DNA of 62,428 nt, counting the filler, from a bacterium (GTDB lineage Bacteria > JALSQH01): assembly GCA_026985515.1 (NCBI GenBank). It is 7 parts of 7 records of this genome, joined end to end, with 100 filler letters (N's around TTAATTAATTAA, not from the genome) between each part and the next. Parts side by side here need not be neighbours in the genome. Positions count along the whole stretch, not along the records: positions 1 to 13,780 come from JALSQH010000206.1; positions 13,881 to 28,637 come from JALSQH010000207.1; 5 more parts are not named here. One strand, 5' to 3'. A program made the position numbers and the translations under genes. Shown in pieces: positions 10,750-20,920 of this stretch. A model generated the notes under the pieces. It searched no databases and was not told the origin of the DNA. It was given only the letters and a program-made list of their open reading frames with translations. How positions within the stretch are numbered: position 1 is the stretch's first letter; every line of letters begins with the position of its first letter.

Positions 10750-12228
10750 ATGCTGAGAAGAATTGTAATTGCCCTTGTAATTTTGATACTCCTTGGGGGT
10801 TACCTGGCCTGGATGAATAAGAAGGAAGAGCAGCACAGAGAACATGAGGAAAAGGTTAAAAGGGTGGTTAAGCTTGATTTTAAGAAGCTGAAAAAGATTA
10901 CCATAAAGAGACCAGATTCCACAGTGGTGCTGGAGAAAAGGGGAGAGTACTGGTGGATTGTTTATCCAGTGGAGGATTATGCCGATAAATTTTCTGTATC
11001 AAACATTATTGATGCTTTCAGGGATAGAAAATATGAGAAAATTGTGACAAATAATCCAAAGGATCTTTCAATCTTCCAGCTTGATCATCCGAAGTATGAA
11101 ATAACCTTTGAAACCTCTGATGGGAAAAAGGTGACCCTGCAGATTGGAAGGAGATTGCCAACTTCATCCAAGATCTTCTACAAGTATCCCGAAAGCAAAA
11201 CAGTTTATCTTGTAAGAACTGGTTTCCTCTATGCTCTGAGAAAGAAGGTTAATGGGTACAGAAGTAAAAAGGTGTTCAAAATATTCTTTCAGAAACCCGC
11301 CACAGGTTCAGGTGCAATAGTAAGGATAAAAGTTACCCAGATTGGCGGAGATTCCTATACCCTTATTTCAAAATTGAAGAAGAAAAAGTATCCTGAGGAG
11401 GTTGAAAAATCGGGAGAGGCCAAGGAGAAAAACCTTGTCTGGTTTATCAGGGGAAAGGTTAATGACATAGCAGATTCTGGCAATGTGGGAGATCTTCTCA
11501 GAAAAATAAGGGATGTCACCCTTGCCGATTTTGTAATCAATGAGCCTTCAGAAAGGGATATAAAGAGATATGGACTTGACCATCCCCAGAAAAAGTTAGA
11601 GGTTTTTCTTGATTCGGGTCAGAAAGCAGTTCTTCTGATCGGGAAAGAGACTCCAAAACCAAAAAATGAGTTTTATGCAATGGTCGTGGGATATAGGCCA
11701 ATTTTTACAATCAGGAAGTATGATGTGGAGAAGTTATTTCCCTCTGTGGAGAGCCTGAGGTCAAAGAAAATTGCTGATTTCTTTGCCGATGAGATAACAG
11801 GTGTTGCTGTGAGAAAGTTTTCAAAAGAGGTACACCTGCACAGGACAAAGGACTGGAGATGGCTTGATGAAAAGGGCGTTGAGCATGACCCCAACGAAGT
11901 TTACAAATTCCTTACAACTCTCAATGGCCAGTATGGAAGCGAATTGATACAATCACCCGATGATAAGGTGGAGAAGAAAAGCATCGGATTTGTGAAAATT
12001 TATGATAAGAAAGGAAATAAAGTTGTGGACTTTGTGATTCATCAACCTGTAAAAATTGAAGATAGAGGTAAGGTTGTATGGCTGGAGTTCCCGGCCCGTG
12101 GAGTTTATATAAAGAAGCATTCATCAATTGGTGATCTGATACCTGATTCACTCTTCAAGTCCAAAAAGGAACTTGAAAAGGAGAAAGAAAAGGAAAAGGG
12201 AAGTAAAAAAGAAGGGGAGAAAAAGTAG
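10750..12228 (+). CDS. DUF4340 domain-containing protein
   Basis: N-terminal membrane anchor, repeated (F/Y)xLDHP...L.IG units; usual fourth gene of GldAFG-like operons; ATG 10750 chosen. Confidence 0.8.
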   Translation: MLRRIVIALVILILLGGYLAWMNKKEEQHREHEEKVKRVVKLDFKKLKKITIKRPDSTVVLEKRGEYWWIVYPVEDYADKFSVSNIIDAFRDRKYEKIVTNNPKDLSIFQLDHPKYEITFETSDGKKVTLQIGRRLPTSSKIFYKYPESKTVYLVRTGFLYALRKKVNGYRSKKVFKIFFQKPATGSGAIVRIKVTQIGGDSYTLISKLKKKKYPEEVEKSGEAKEKNLVWFIRGKVNDIADSGNVGDLLRKIRDVTLADFVINEPSERDIKRYGLDHPQKKLEVFLDSGQKAVLLIGKETPKPKNEFYAMVVGYRPIFTIRKYDVEKLFPSVESLRSKKIADFFADEITGVAVRKFSKEVHLHRTKDWRWLDEKGVEHDPNEVYKFLTTLNGQYGSELIQSPDDKVEKKSIGFVKIYDKKGNKVVDFVIHQPVKIEDRGKVVWLEFPARGVYIKKHSSIGDLIPDSLFKSKKELEKEKEKEKGSKKEGEKK

Positions 12229-13224
12229 TTATTCTCCCCCTGTTAAAAATCCAATTGTAAGGGAAACAACAGGCCCGAGCTGGTCTGTACTCCTTCCTCC
12301 GAAACCGCCACCTATGGTGAAAATTACGGGCTCAAAGATTCCTGTTATCTTCAACTGAGAAGAAATCCTTTTTTCTTTACTGTTGTCAGGATAGTTGGAA
12401 ATATTTGTATCACTGCTAATGAGGAAATTTTTTGATAACCTGAAAGTACCATCGATTCCTGTACAGGTACCAACATTTTTGATATATGATGCATAGAAAT
12501 GAAGGTGAGTGGAGTAGATTCTCCCGAGGTAGAGATCCCCCTTCGCTCCCCATGTGACATCGCTGCCCGCTATTCCAAGTATCGGGGTTATGGAAAAGCT
12601 TCTGAATTGAAAAACATATTTAACGAGGGCGATCTTATCAAAAGAATTCCTGGGTCTTACCTGAACATAATCCATAAAGAATCCATATCTTAATCTTATA
12701 CCACTTCTTGCATAGTAGAACCCAATGGATCCCCATGTGTAATTTCTGAGGTTGGAAAAATCTGTGTACTCCAGTGACATCCTGATTTCGTGCCTTTCAA
12801 AGAGATCTTTTTCCTGCTTCCTGAATTCCACAACCTTTACAAGGTCTCCTATTCTTATTTTCGTTTTATACCACTTTACTTTAGCAATACTGAAATCTAT
12901 ATCAACGTGGGTTACCTTCCCCTCACCAATAATCATCTTTTTCCTGTACACTTTTCCATTCAGAGGATTTCTTATAATTAGCTGTCTGTAAATTTTTACC
13001 CTGTCCCCCTTTGAAATATTCTCATTCATTCCTGCGTCGAAGTAGATTCGATGGTGATGAACCTGGAATATGGTGTAGAAACCAAGGGCTCTTTCAACCC
13101 TTTTTGCGGGAGGTTGAACAGGAACTGTGACACCTTTTGCGGATTCTGTGGTGTTGTCACTGTAACCGTAAAGATTTACACCGATGAGAAGTGCAATAAA
13201 AATGGTCAAGATTTTCCTTACCAT
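12229..13224 (-). CDS. Hypothetical exported protein, probably with a C-terminal outer-membrane beta-barrel
   Basis: GGAGG RBS before ATG 13224, signal peptide, FlgT-C-like small beta domain followed by amphipathic beta strands. Confidence 0.6.
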   Translation of the reverse strand: MVRKILTIFIALLIGVNLYGYSDNTTESAKGVTVPVQPPAKRVERALGFYTIFQVHHHRIYFDAGMNENISKGDRVKIYRQLIIRNPLNGKVYRKKMIIGEGKVTHVDIDFSIAKVKWYKTKIRIGDLVKVVEFRKQEKDLFERHEIRMSLEYTDFSNLRNYTWGSIGFYYARSGIRLRYGFFMDYVQVRPRNSFDKIALVKYVFQFRSFSITPILGIAGSDVTWGAKGDLYLGRIYSTHLHFYASYIKNVGTCTGIDGTFRLSKNFLISSDTNISNYPDNSKEKRISSQLKITGIFEPVIFTIGGGFGGRSTDQLGPVVSLTIGFLTGGE

Positions 13225-13338
13225 TTCCACCTCCCTTTTTTCTCAATTATAACAGAAATGGGAAAAGAGGGAAAAATTCTTCTTGCCTGAAAATTTTTTT
13301 ATGTTAAAATTACCTGACTCCTCTGGAGGGGGTTTGTT

Positions 13339-13780
13339 ATGAGAAACTACTTCATTTTTCTCCTCATTCTGGTTGTTGTTGGATGCAGAGTGCAGTCAGA
13401 CACCGGTGGTAACGATGAAAATGGCGGCGGTGGGACTGGGAAGATAGAGAGCTTTAATATCTTCTTACCCGCATTTTCAGATGTAAAAACGATCAATATT
13501 ACGAAGTCCGGTCTGGTTGTGACAGGAATGTATAATTCTTCTTCAACCCTTGCAGTCCTTTCAAATAGTGGGAAGGTGGTGCAATCTCTCAAGCTGAAAG
13601 ATAATCTCTTCATAAACGACACGGTGTATGACCCGGGTGAAAACGCCCTTTACCTTGCTGGTCAGTATGGAAATAAGTATGCCTATGTCGGGAAGTACAG
13701 TGTCACTTCAAATAAAATTGAATGGGAGAAAACATTTGGCTCTGATATTGAAAACAGAGAGTTTGTCATAAGAGGCGTCG
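13339..13780 (+). CDS. Lipoprotein, beta-propeller-like, N-terminal part (interrupted by linker)
   Basis: GGAGG RBS, lipobox VVGC, Gly-rich linker; runs into N gap. Confidence 0.75.
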
Positions 13781-13880
13781 NNNNNNNNNNNNNNNNNNNN
13801 NNNNNNNNNNNNNNNNNNNNNNNNTTAATTAATTAANNNNNNNNNNNNNNNNNNNNNNNNNNNNNNNNNNNNNNNNNNNN
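13781..13880. other. Artificial contig linker (44 N + TTAATTAATTAA + 44 N)
   Basis: Identical 100-nt construct with stops in all six frames occurs six times. Confidence 0.98.
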
Positions 13881-14640
13881 CGTCGAACTTTATGGTAATG
13901 ACGTTTTCTTCGTCGGTTATGGCAAGGTGAATTACACAATAGATGTGAGAATGGCTGGAAGTATCAAATCTGATGGTACCGGTCTCTCGTGGGGCTTGAT
14001 AGATCAACAGCCTGGAAGTGTCAGCAGTTACTACAATGATCTCGTGATTTTGAATGGACACTTTATTGTATCCGGGAGCACAGAGGATCAGTCATCAGAA
14101 CCATTTAAATTTGGTTGTCTCACTGCATATGGAGAGGTTCCAGATATTGGGAATGTTATGGACAATACGAATAATCTGATGGATATCAGGTTCTGCATTG
14201 GCTTTGGTAAAATGGCTGTATCACCTGAGTATAACGATTCAGTTTTTGTTATCGGGAAGGACGCTGATGATGAATATGGAACCAATGAGAGAACTTTTGT
14301 CGGCACGATTTCCTCAACTGCAATATGGCAGAATATTTCTTTCCCCATTAGCCCCACTGCAACAACATCTGTCGATTATGTGTTTGATGGAATAAGTGCT
14401 GCTGGCAGTAACCCAGTTAAGATTCTGGTTATCGGCAGTGCAGAATTCAAGTATCTGATAGAAAAGGTAAATTTTAACGGCCAGGAGTTCACAGAAGAAT
14501 CACAGATAATCAAAAATTGTCCCGATGATGGGGAACAGCACAGATGCTCCCTTTCCTCCGTCAGGTTCATTGACAGTGATAGATTTATTGTGACTGGTTC
14601 ATCAAATTACAGAGGGTGGGTTTTTACTGGAACTTACTGA
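13881..14640 (+). CDS. C-terminal part of a beta-propeller-like protein, probably the same gene as 13339..13780
   Basis: Frame open from the gap; CGTCG duplicated on both gap sides gives in-frame join FVIRGVELYGNDVFFVGYG. Confidence 0.7.
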
Positions 14641-14653
14641 TAAGTCCCATTAT

Positions 14654-14682
14654 TTGACATAATTTCCCATATTCCTTATAAT
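14654..14682 (+). promoter_or_regulatory. Sigma70 promoter of glutamate synthase operon
   Basis: TTGACA-N17-TATAAT, perfect consensus. Confidence 0.85.
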
Positions 14683-14729
14683 AACAATGCTCAATTTTAA
14701 CTTAACTTACTTGATAATGGAGTTCCCTG

Positions 14730-16307
14730 ATGTTGTTTTACGAAGAAAAGGATGCGAGAGAAACTCTTAAACTGCGAAGTCTCAAAAAGGGGGAATATCA
14801 TCAGGATTACCCGCTTTACACCGTTGTAAGGGATAATGACAAATGTATAAGATGTCTTGCCTGTGTCAGGCAGTGTTCCTACGAAGCCACTTTTTATGAT
14901 CCGGTAAGGAATGTAATATACAACAAAGATGAAGCCTGTGTGGGATGTCTCAGGTGTGTGGCAATCTGCCCCACTGATGCAATTACAGTTAAAAGAAATG
15001 ATACAAAGTACAGAGAAAATGAAAACTGGCGAGAAGAAACGATCAAGGCAATAAAGAAACAGGCAGATTTTGGTGCTGCGAGGCTGACTGGTCTGGGAAA
15101 TGATAAAGGTTATAAAATTTATTTTGATCACATGGTCCTTGATGCTTCACAGGTTACCAATCCTTCCATTGACCCTCTCAGGGAACCAATGGAATTGAGA
15201 ACCTTTCTGGGGCGAAAGCCTGATTCTGTAAAGGTGGAATTCAGGAATGGGAAATTACATCTTAAGGAAAAGATACCACCCCAGTTAAAGCTGGAGGTTC
15301 CTGTAATTTTTGCTCCCATGTCTTATGGGTCAATAAATTTCAATTTTCAGGCAGCCCTTGCCATTGCAGCAAGGGAAGCTGGAACATACTTTAATACCGG
15401 TGAAGGTGGGCTACATCAGAAATTGAGGGAGTTTGGTTCCAATGCAATAGTCCAGGTTGCTTCAGGAAGGTTTGGGGTTGATATTGACTATCTTGAAGCA
15501 GCGGCAGCAGTGGAAATAAAGATTGGACAGGGTGCGAAGCCAGGCATAGGTGGACATCTCCCCGGTGAAAAGGTAACGGCAGACATTTCAAGGACAAGGA
15601 TGATTCCCGAGGGGTCTGACGCCATTTCTCCTGCGCCGCATCATGATATTTACTCAATTGAGGATCTGAGGCTGTTGATTTACGCCATCAAAGAAGCTAC
15701 CAGATACACGAAACCGGTGTCGGTGAAAATTGCGGCGGTTCACAATGTCGCTGCCATTGCCAGTGGAATAGCAAGGGCAGGAGCGGACATCATTGTGATT
15801 GACGGATTCAGAGGAGGAACTGGAGCCGCCCCAACAATTATCAGGGATCATGTGGGTATTCCAATAGAACTTGCCATTGCTCAGGTGGATCAGAGATTGA
15901 GGGATGAAGGCATAAGAAACTGGGTTTCACTGATAGCAGCAGGTGGTATAAGGAGCAGTGCGGATATTGTTAAAATAATCGCCCTGGGCGCCGATGCGGT
16001 TTACATTGGAACTGCTGCCATGGTTGCTGTAGGGTGCACACTCTGTCAACAATGTCACAGAGGGATCTGTGCCTGGGGAATCACTACCAACAGGCCAGAT
16101 CTTGCAAAGAGAATAAATGTTGACATAGCTGCTGAACAGCTCTACAACCTTCTCAGAGGCTGGGCAATTGAGATAAGGGAGATGCTTGGTCTTATGGGGG
16201 TTAACTCCATTGAATCACTGAGGGGTAACAGACTGAAATTGAGGGGTGTGGGTCTTACTCAGGAAGAACTTGATGTTCTTGGTATAAAACACGCAGGATT
16301 ACAGTAG
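14730..16307 (+). CDS. Glutamate synthase FMN domain protein (GltB2-type) with N-terminal 2x[4Fe-4S] domain
   Basis: Two CxxCxxCxxxC motifs, MSYGS, NTGEGG, QVASGRFGV, EIKIGQGAKPGIGGHLPGEKV, CTLCQQC...C. Confidence 0.93.
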   Translation: MLFYEEKDARETLKLRSLKKGEYHQDYPLYTVVRDNDKCIRCLACVRQCSYEATFYDPVRNVIYNKDEACVGCLRCVAICPTDAITVKRNDTKYRENENWREETIKAIKKQADFGAARLTGLGNDKGYKIYFDHMVLDASQVTNPSIDPLREPMELRTFLGRKPDSVKVEFRNGKLHLKEKIPPQLKLEVPVIFAPMSYGSINFNFQAALAIAAREAGTYFNTGEGGLHQKLREFGSNAIVQVASGRFGVDIDYLEAAAAVEIKIGQGAKPGIGGHLPGEKVTADISRTRMIPEGSDAISPAPHHDIYSIEDLRLLIYAIKEATRYTKPVSVKIAAVHNVAAIASGIARAGADIIVIDGFRGGTGAAPTIIRDHVGIPIELAIAQVDQRLRDEGIRNWVSLIAAGGIRSSADIVKIIALGADAVYIGTAAMVAVGCTLCQQCHRGICAWGITTNRPDLAKRINVDIAAEQLYNLLRGWAIEIREMLGLMGVNSIESLRGNRLKLRGVGLTQEELDVLGIKHAGLQ

Positions 16308-16315
16308 GTGAGGAA

Positions 16316-16882
16316 ATGAAAGTAGTATTTCCCATTGAAGAGAGATGCATAGATTGTCACCTGTGTGAGGTTGCCTGTATTGTTGAACATTCAGAAACGA
16401 AAGACCCCATTCTGGCATACATGGTTGAGGGGCTTTCCTTCAATGAGGAGTGGAGTGCCTTTACCCCTGATCCGCATGAGGCCCTTGAAGCTGGTAAGCC
16501 AAAGCCACTGAACAGGACAAGGGTGAGGAATAACGGCGCTGGTGTATCTTTCTCAATGATGTGCAGGCACTGTGAGGAACCCAAATGCGTGGAAGCCTGC
16601 AAAAATGGAAGTCTCTATATTGCAGAGGATGGGAGAATTCTCCTGAATGAAGATAAATGCGTTGGTTGCTGGATGTGCATTATGGCATGTCCGTGGGGGG
16701 CAATTTCCCGAAATCCCACAAGGGGAAATGTGAAGGGTCTTGAGCGAACTGCTATTTCACATAAGTGTGATCTCTGTCCCGACAGAGAAATTCCTGCGTG
16801 TGTTATGGCATGTCCCACTGAAGCTCTGATCTACATTGAGAAAGAGGAGATCAAAAATTATGAGGTACGTTTTAGTAGGTAA
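16316..16882 (+). CDS. 4Fe-4S dicluster ferredoxin-like electron-transfer protein (CooF/HydN-like)
   Basis: CIDCHLCEVAC, CRHCEEPKCVEAC, CVGCWMCIMACP, KCDLC...PACVMACP. Confidence 0.92.
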   Translation: MKVVFPIEERCIDCHLCEVACIVEHSETKDPILAYMVEGLSFNEEWSAFTPDPHEALEAGKPKPLNRTRVRNNGAGVSFSMMCRHCEEPKCVEACKNGSLYIAEDGRILLNEDKCVGCWMCIMACPWGAISRNPTRGNVKGLERTAISHKCDLCPDREIPACVMACPTEALIYIEKEEIKNYEVRFSR

Positions 16883-18122
16883 CTCCATAGCTGCCACTGG
16901 AGCCATTGAAGCGATCAGAAGGGTGGATAAGGACAACGAGATTGTTGTGATCTCAGATGAACCTCATTTCGTATATACAAGGGCTCTGATTCATGAGTAT
17001 CTTGCCAGTATGGTAACTGAAGATATGATGTATTACAGACCCCGCGATTTCTATGAGAAAAATGGCGTGACTCCTCTGCTGGGTAGAAAAGCTGTTTCTG
17101 TTGATTTTGAGAAAAAAGAGGTGAAACTTGAAGATGGAGAGGAGATAAAATATGATAAGTTACTTCTTGCCACGGGAGGAAAGCCATTCATCCCTCCGGG
17201 AATAGAAGATCTGGCAAAGATCAGGTATTTCACATTTACAAAATGGAAAGATGCTGATGAATTGAGGGAAGCTGTAGCAGATGCTGAAAATATAGTGGTC
17301 CTTGGTGCAGGTTTGATAGGCCTTCAATGTGTTGATGGTCTCCTTCATATGGGAAAAAGGGCCACGGTTGTTGAGCTTGCTGATACAATTCTCCCTATGG
17401 CTCTTGACAGAAAAGCTTCAGATATCATAAAAGACGCTCTCGAAAAGGAGGGAGTTAAATTTTATCTGAACAATACGATCACAAAAGTTTACCACAGGAA
17501 TGGTGAGTTAAAAGAGGTTCAGCTTAAAAGTGGTGAGAGGTTGCCTGCTGATATTCTTGTCATTGCAGTGGGTGTCAGGCCAAGGACCGATATAGTAATG
17601 GATACAAAAATAGAAATTGACAGAGGAATTGTTGTAAATGAGTTGATGGAAACCAATATACCGGATGTTTATGCAGCTGGAGATGTTGCGCAGGGAAAGG
17701 AGATTATAACTGGCATAAAAATGGTGATACCCATAATTCCAGTTGCTTATGCTCATGGTAAATATGCCGGTTTTAATATGGCAGGTGAAGAGAGAGTTTT
17801 CCCCGGTGCCCTTTCAATGAACTCCCTTCAATTTGCCAATATACCGGTAATTTCTTACGGTTTCATAAAGCCTCCTGAGGGTTCTGAAGAGCTTACCTAT
17901 TTTGATCCTGACAGGCTGATTTACAAAAGAATTCTGATTCAGAATGACAGAATTGTGGGTGCTCTTTTCCTCAGGGCTGTGGATAGAGTTGGAATATTTC
18001 GTTATCTCATTGAGAGGAAACTTGATGTAACAAGTTTTAAGGAGCATCTACTGAAGGATGATTTTGACTATCCATATCTTCCCAAAAAATACAGACTGGA
18101 GATGTGGAGAGAGCCATATTGA
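16860..18122 (+). CDS. FAD/NAD(P)-dependent pyridine nucleotide-disulfide oxidoreductase (NirB N-terminal/FNOR-like)
   Basis: VGNSIAA, LLLATGG, VLGAGLIG, VYAAGDVA; ATG 16860 follows AAAGAGGAG. Confidence 0.9.
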   Translation: MRYVLVGNSIAATGAIEAIRRVDKDNEIVVISDEPHFVYTRALIHEYLASMVTEDMMYYRPRDFYEKNGVTPLLGRKAVSVDFEKKEVKLEDGEEIKYDKLLLATGGKPFIPPGIEDLAKIRYFTFTKWKDADELREAVADAENIVVLGAGLIGLQCVDGLLHMGKRATVVELADTILPMALDRKASDIIKDALEKEGVKFYLNNTITKVYHRNGELKEVQLKSGERLPADILVIAVGVRPRTDIVMDTKIEIDRGIVVNELMETNIPDVYAAGDVAQGKEIITGIKMVIPIIPVAYAHGKYAGFNMAGEERVFPGALSMNSLQFANIPVISYGFIKPPEGSEELTYFDPDRLIYKRILIQNDRIVGALFLRAVDRVGIFRYLIERKLDVTSFKEHLLKDDFDYPYLPKKYRLEMWREPY

Positions 18123-18132
18123 GGGAGCAGAG

Positions 18133-19233
18133 ATGAGCTGGAACTATGTAAAGGATATATCAAATTGTGGATTATTTGGTGTGATAAGCAAAAAGAAGAG
18201 GCTGATAAATGGAGAGATAGCCAGGAGAGCAATTGCGAATATGCATGACAGGGGCAACGGACTTGGTGGTGGATTTGCTGCATATGGAATTTACCCTGAT
18301 TACAAAGACTTCTATGCTTTTCATATCATGTATGATTCCCTCAAAGCGATAGATGAAACTGAGGAATTCCTGAGGGATAATCTGGAAGTGGTGCATGAGG
18401 AGGATATTCCGACGAGGGAAACAGACAAGATAAAATGGAGTCCCTATTTGAAAAGGTACTTTGTTCTTCCTGCCAATAACCCCAAGGAAAGGGAACTTGA
18501 GCTTTTAAGAGGAATGGATGATGATTATATTGTCAGGGTTGTGATGATAATTAATGATAGAATTGAGGGAGCCTATGTCTTTTCAAGCGGGAAAAATATG
18601 GGTGCATTCAAGGGGGTTGGATTCCCTGAGGATCTTGCCGAATTCTACAGACTTGACGAGTATGATGGGTATATCTGGATAGCCCACAACAGATTTCCAA
18701 CAAACACCCCCGGATGGTGGGGTGGTGCCCATCCCTTTACCCTTCTTGACTGGGCAATTGTACATAATGGTGAGATCTCTTCATACGGAATAAATAGAAG
18801 ATACCTTGAAATGTTTGGTTACAAATTAACCCTTCATACTGATACGGAGGTGGTGGCTTACCTGATGGACCTCATTGTGAGGAAACATGGGCTTCCCTTT
18901 GAGATAGCGGCAAAGATTTTCGCACCTCCCTTCTGGAAGGATATAGATGAAATGGATGAGGATGAGAGGGAAGCTTACACTGCATTGCGGGCTGTTTATG
19001 GGTCAGCTGTTCTCAATGGTCCTTTTGCAATACTCTTTGCCTTTCATAATGGACTCATGGGCTTGAACGACAGGGTGAAGTTGAGACCTCTGGTTGTGGG
19101 AGAGAAGGATGATCTGGTATACATGTCAAGTGAGGAAGCAGGCATAAGGGAGGTTGAGCCAGATCTTGACAGAGTTTACGCCCCACCTGCCGGTGAACCT
19201 GTACTGGTGTTTACAGAGGAGGAGAAGGATTAA
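18133..19233 (+). CDS. Class II (Ntn) glutamine amidotransferase, glutamate synthase domain 1 (GltB1-type)
   Basis: CGLFG near N-terminus, DRGNGLGGG, HNRFPTNTPGWWGGAHPF, VHNGEIS, TDTEV. Confidence 0.93.
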   Translation: MSWNYVKDISNCGLFGVISKKKRLINGEIARRAIANMHDRGNGLGGGFAAYGIYPDYKDFYAFHIMYDSLKAIDETEEFLRDNLEVVHEEDIPTRETDKIKWSPYLKRYFVLPANNPKERELELLRGMDDDYIVRVVMIINDRIEGAYVFSSGKNMGAFKGVGFPEDLAEFYRLDEYDGYIWIAHNRFPTNTPGWWGGAHPFTLLDWAIVHNGEISSYGINRRYLEMFGYKLTLHTDTEVVAYLMDLIVRKHGLPFEIAAKIFAPPFWKDIDEMDEDEREAYTALRAVYGSAVLNGPFAILFAFHNGLMGLNDRVKLRPLVVGEKDDLVYMSSEEAGIREVEPDLDRVYAPPAGEPVLVFTEEEKD

Positions 19234-19970
19234 TGGTGGTAATAGATGCAAAGGGTGTTTACTACAGGGATCTGAATGAAAGAGTGAGAAGGGAAATAGA
19301 AAAGGGTGAAAAATATATAAAACTTGTAAATGTTAATGGTCAGAGATACATAGGTGCCGGGCTGAAAAACAAAGATGTTTATATTGAGGTGGAAGGTACC
19401 GCAGGGGAAGATCTTGGTGTCTTCATGGATGGACCAACAATAAGAATTCATGGAAACGCCCAGGATGGTGTCGGCAACACCATGAATTCTGGTAAGATCA
19501 TTATTGAAGGTATGGCTGGAGATGTTCTTGGTTATGGTATGAGAGGTGGCAGGGTGTACATACGGGACAATGTTGGTTACAGGGTGGGAATCCATATGAA
19601 GGGTTATTTCAACAAGATTCCCATAATAGTAATTGGCGGGAAGGCGGGTGATTTTTTTGGTGAATATATGGCTGGTGGAAGGATGATTCTTCTTGGTATA
19701 ACCGGAGGGAACATACCCATCACGGGAGATTATGTTGGAACAGGAATGCATGGAGGTGCAATTTTTATCAGAGGGCACGTCCCGAAGAACAGGCTTGGTA
19801 AAGAAGTTGGAATAAGGGAACCTGATGAAGATGATATGAGGTTTCTCAGGGAAGTTCTTGAAGATTTTGCTAAGGAGCTTAATTTTGATTTTGAGGAGAT
19901 AATGTCTGAGCCCTTCATAAAGTTGTTGCCTGTCTCCAAGAGGCCCTACGGCAGACATTATGTTTATTAG
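19233..19970 (+). CDS. Glutamate synthase domain 3 (GXGXG beta-helix, GltB3-type)
   Basis: NGQRYIG, GNAQDGVGNTM, GEYMAGG, GTGMHGG. Confidence 0.92.
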   Translation: MVVIDAKGVYYRDLNERVRREIEKGEKYIKLVNVNGQRYIGAGLKNKDVYIEVEGTAGEDLGVFMDGPTIRIHGNAQDGVGNTMNSGKIIIEGMAGDVLGYGMRGGRVYIRDNVGYRVGIHMKGYFNKIPIIVIGGKAGDFFGEYMAGGRMILLGITGGNIPITGDYVGTGMHGGAIFIRGHVPKNRLGKEVGIREPDEDDMRFLREVLEDFAKELNFDFEEIMSEPFIKLLPVSKRPYGRHYVY

Positions 19971-20661
19971 AAAACTTCTTTTCTCCATTCTTCTGATTTT
20001 TCTACTTTCAGGATGTATCCAGTATGAGGAAACGATTCACATTTTCCCATCTGGATGGGTCAGAGTGTCCATTGATCTGCGTGCTCCCGCCACCATTTTT
20101 CGCCAGATGGTGGCCAGGGGAGGAAGCAAGTTTTTTAAACTATTGATGCAACCAAGACACAGGGTGATAAATCAACTTCCCTCTTCTGTTCAGCTGATGG
20201 AGTGGTATCTTGATAAAAGCACCGCTAACTGGCACTTTCATACCAATTTCTATGTAAAATCTTCCTCAGCGGGCCAGTTATCCGGGCTCTTTGAAGGTCA
20301 GAAAATTAACATATCCATTTCTAATGGAAATGTCAATTTCAGACGCTTCATAGATATGACGAGGTTTGGGAGAATTATCGCCAATTTGAAACAATCTCCC
20401 CTGATTAAAAGGGAACTGCTGTTAGCCTCCCACTTCCGCTTCAGGATTGTGGTGCCAACCAGGATTATTTCTACCAATGCCACCGTCACCACTGAAGACA
20501 CCGCTGAATGGGATTTTAAACTCCTTGATCTGGTTGCTCAGCCACAGGTTATGAAGATAACCTTTCCTCTCCCGCCTTTTTACTACTATCCCCTTTTCTG
20601 GCTCCTTTATGGACTGGTAAGCATGGTTTTCTACTTATGGCTGTTGTTTAAGAAGCTTTGA
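19960..20661 (+). CDS. Lipoprotein with C-terminal TM helix (LppM-like)
   Basis: Lipobox LLSGC, PTRIISTNA motif, hydrophobic C-terminus. Confidence 0.6.
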   Translation: MFIRKLLFSILLIFLLSGCIQYEETIHIFPSGWVRVSIDLRAPATIFRQMVARGGSKFFKLLMQPRHRVINQLPSSVQLMEWYLDKSTANWHFHTNFYVKSSSAGQLSGLFEGQKINISISNGNVNFRRFIDMTRFGRIIANLKQSPLIKRELLLASHFRFRIVVPTRIISTNATVTTEDTAEWDFKLLDLVAQPQVMKITFPLPPFYYYPLFWLLYGLVSMVFYLWLLFKKL

Positions 20662-20787
20662 GATAATTCTCTTGAATTTCCTTAGAAGTTTAAAAAAGAA
20701 AAGTAGAGCTTAATTGATGTGGTTAGAGGGCTACAGAATCAGAAAAACGATAGATAAGATTAAAAATAAATTATGTAACCTGTTGAT

Positions 20788-20838
20788 TTAACATATGTTA
20801 ATCATTGACAAATAAAATTTTTTCTGTCAAGATATAAT
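20788..20838 (+). promoter_or_regulatory. Promoter region with palindromic operator-like sites upstream of the S8 peptidase gene
   Basis: Perfect palindrome TTAACATATGTTAA (20788-20801); TTGACA-N14-TGTCAA (20805-20830); TATAAT at 20833. Confidence 0.5.
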
Positions 20839-20896
20839 TGAAAATAGAAGAAGGGGAGGTCGAAATGAAAAATGTTAAATTTCAAAAGCTTATCTC

Positions 20897-20920
20897 CTCA
20901 TTCATTCAGTCAGTCATTCA
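20897..20920 (+). repeat. Imperfect tetranucleotide tract (NTCA)6 in signal-peptide coding region
   Basis: CTCA TTCA TTCA GTCA GTCA TTCA, starting at the last base of codon 11 of the ATG 20865 frame. Confidence 0.8.

Noticed and set aside
19230-19988. 252-aa minus-strand ORF over the GXGXG gene
   Set aside because: Antisense shadow of a Gly-rich gene
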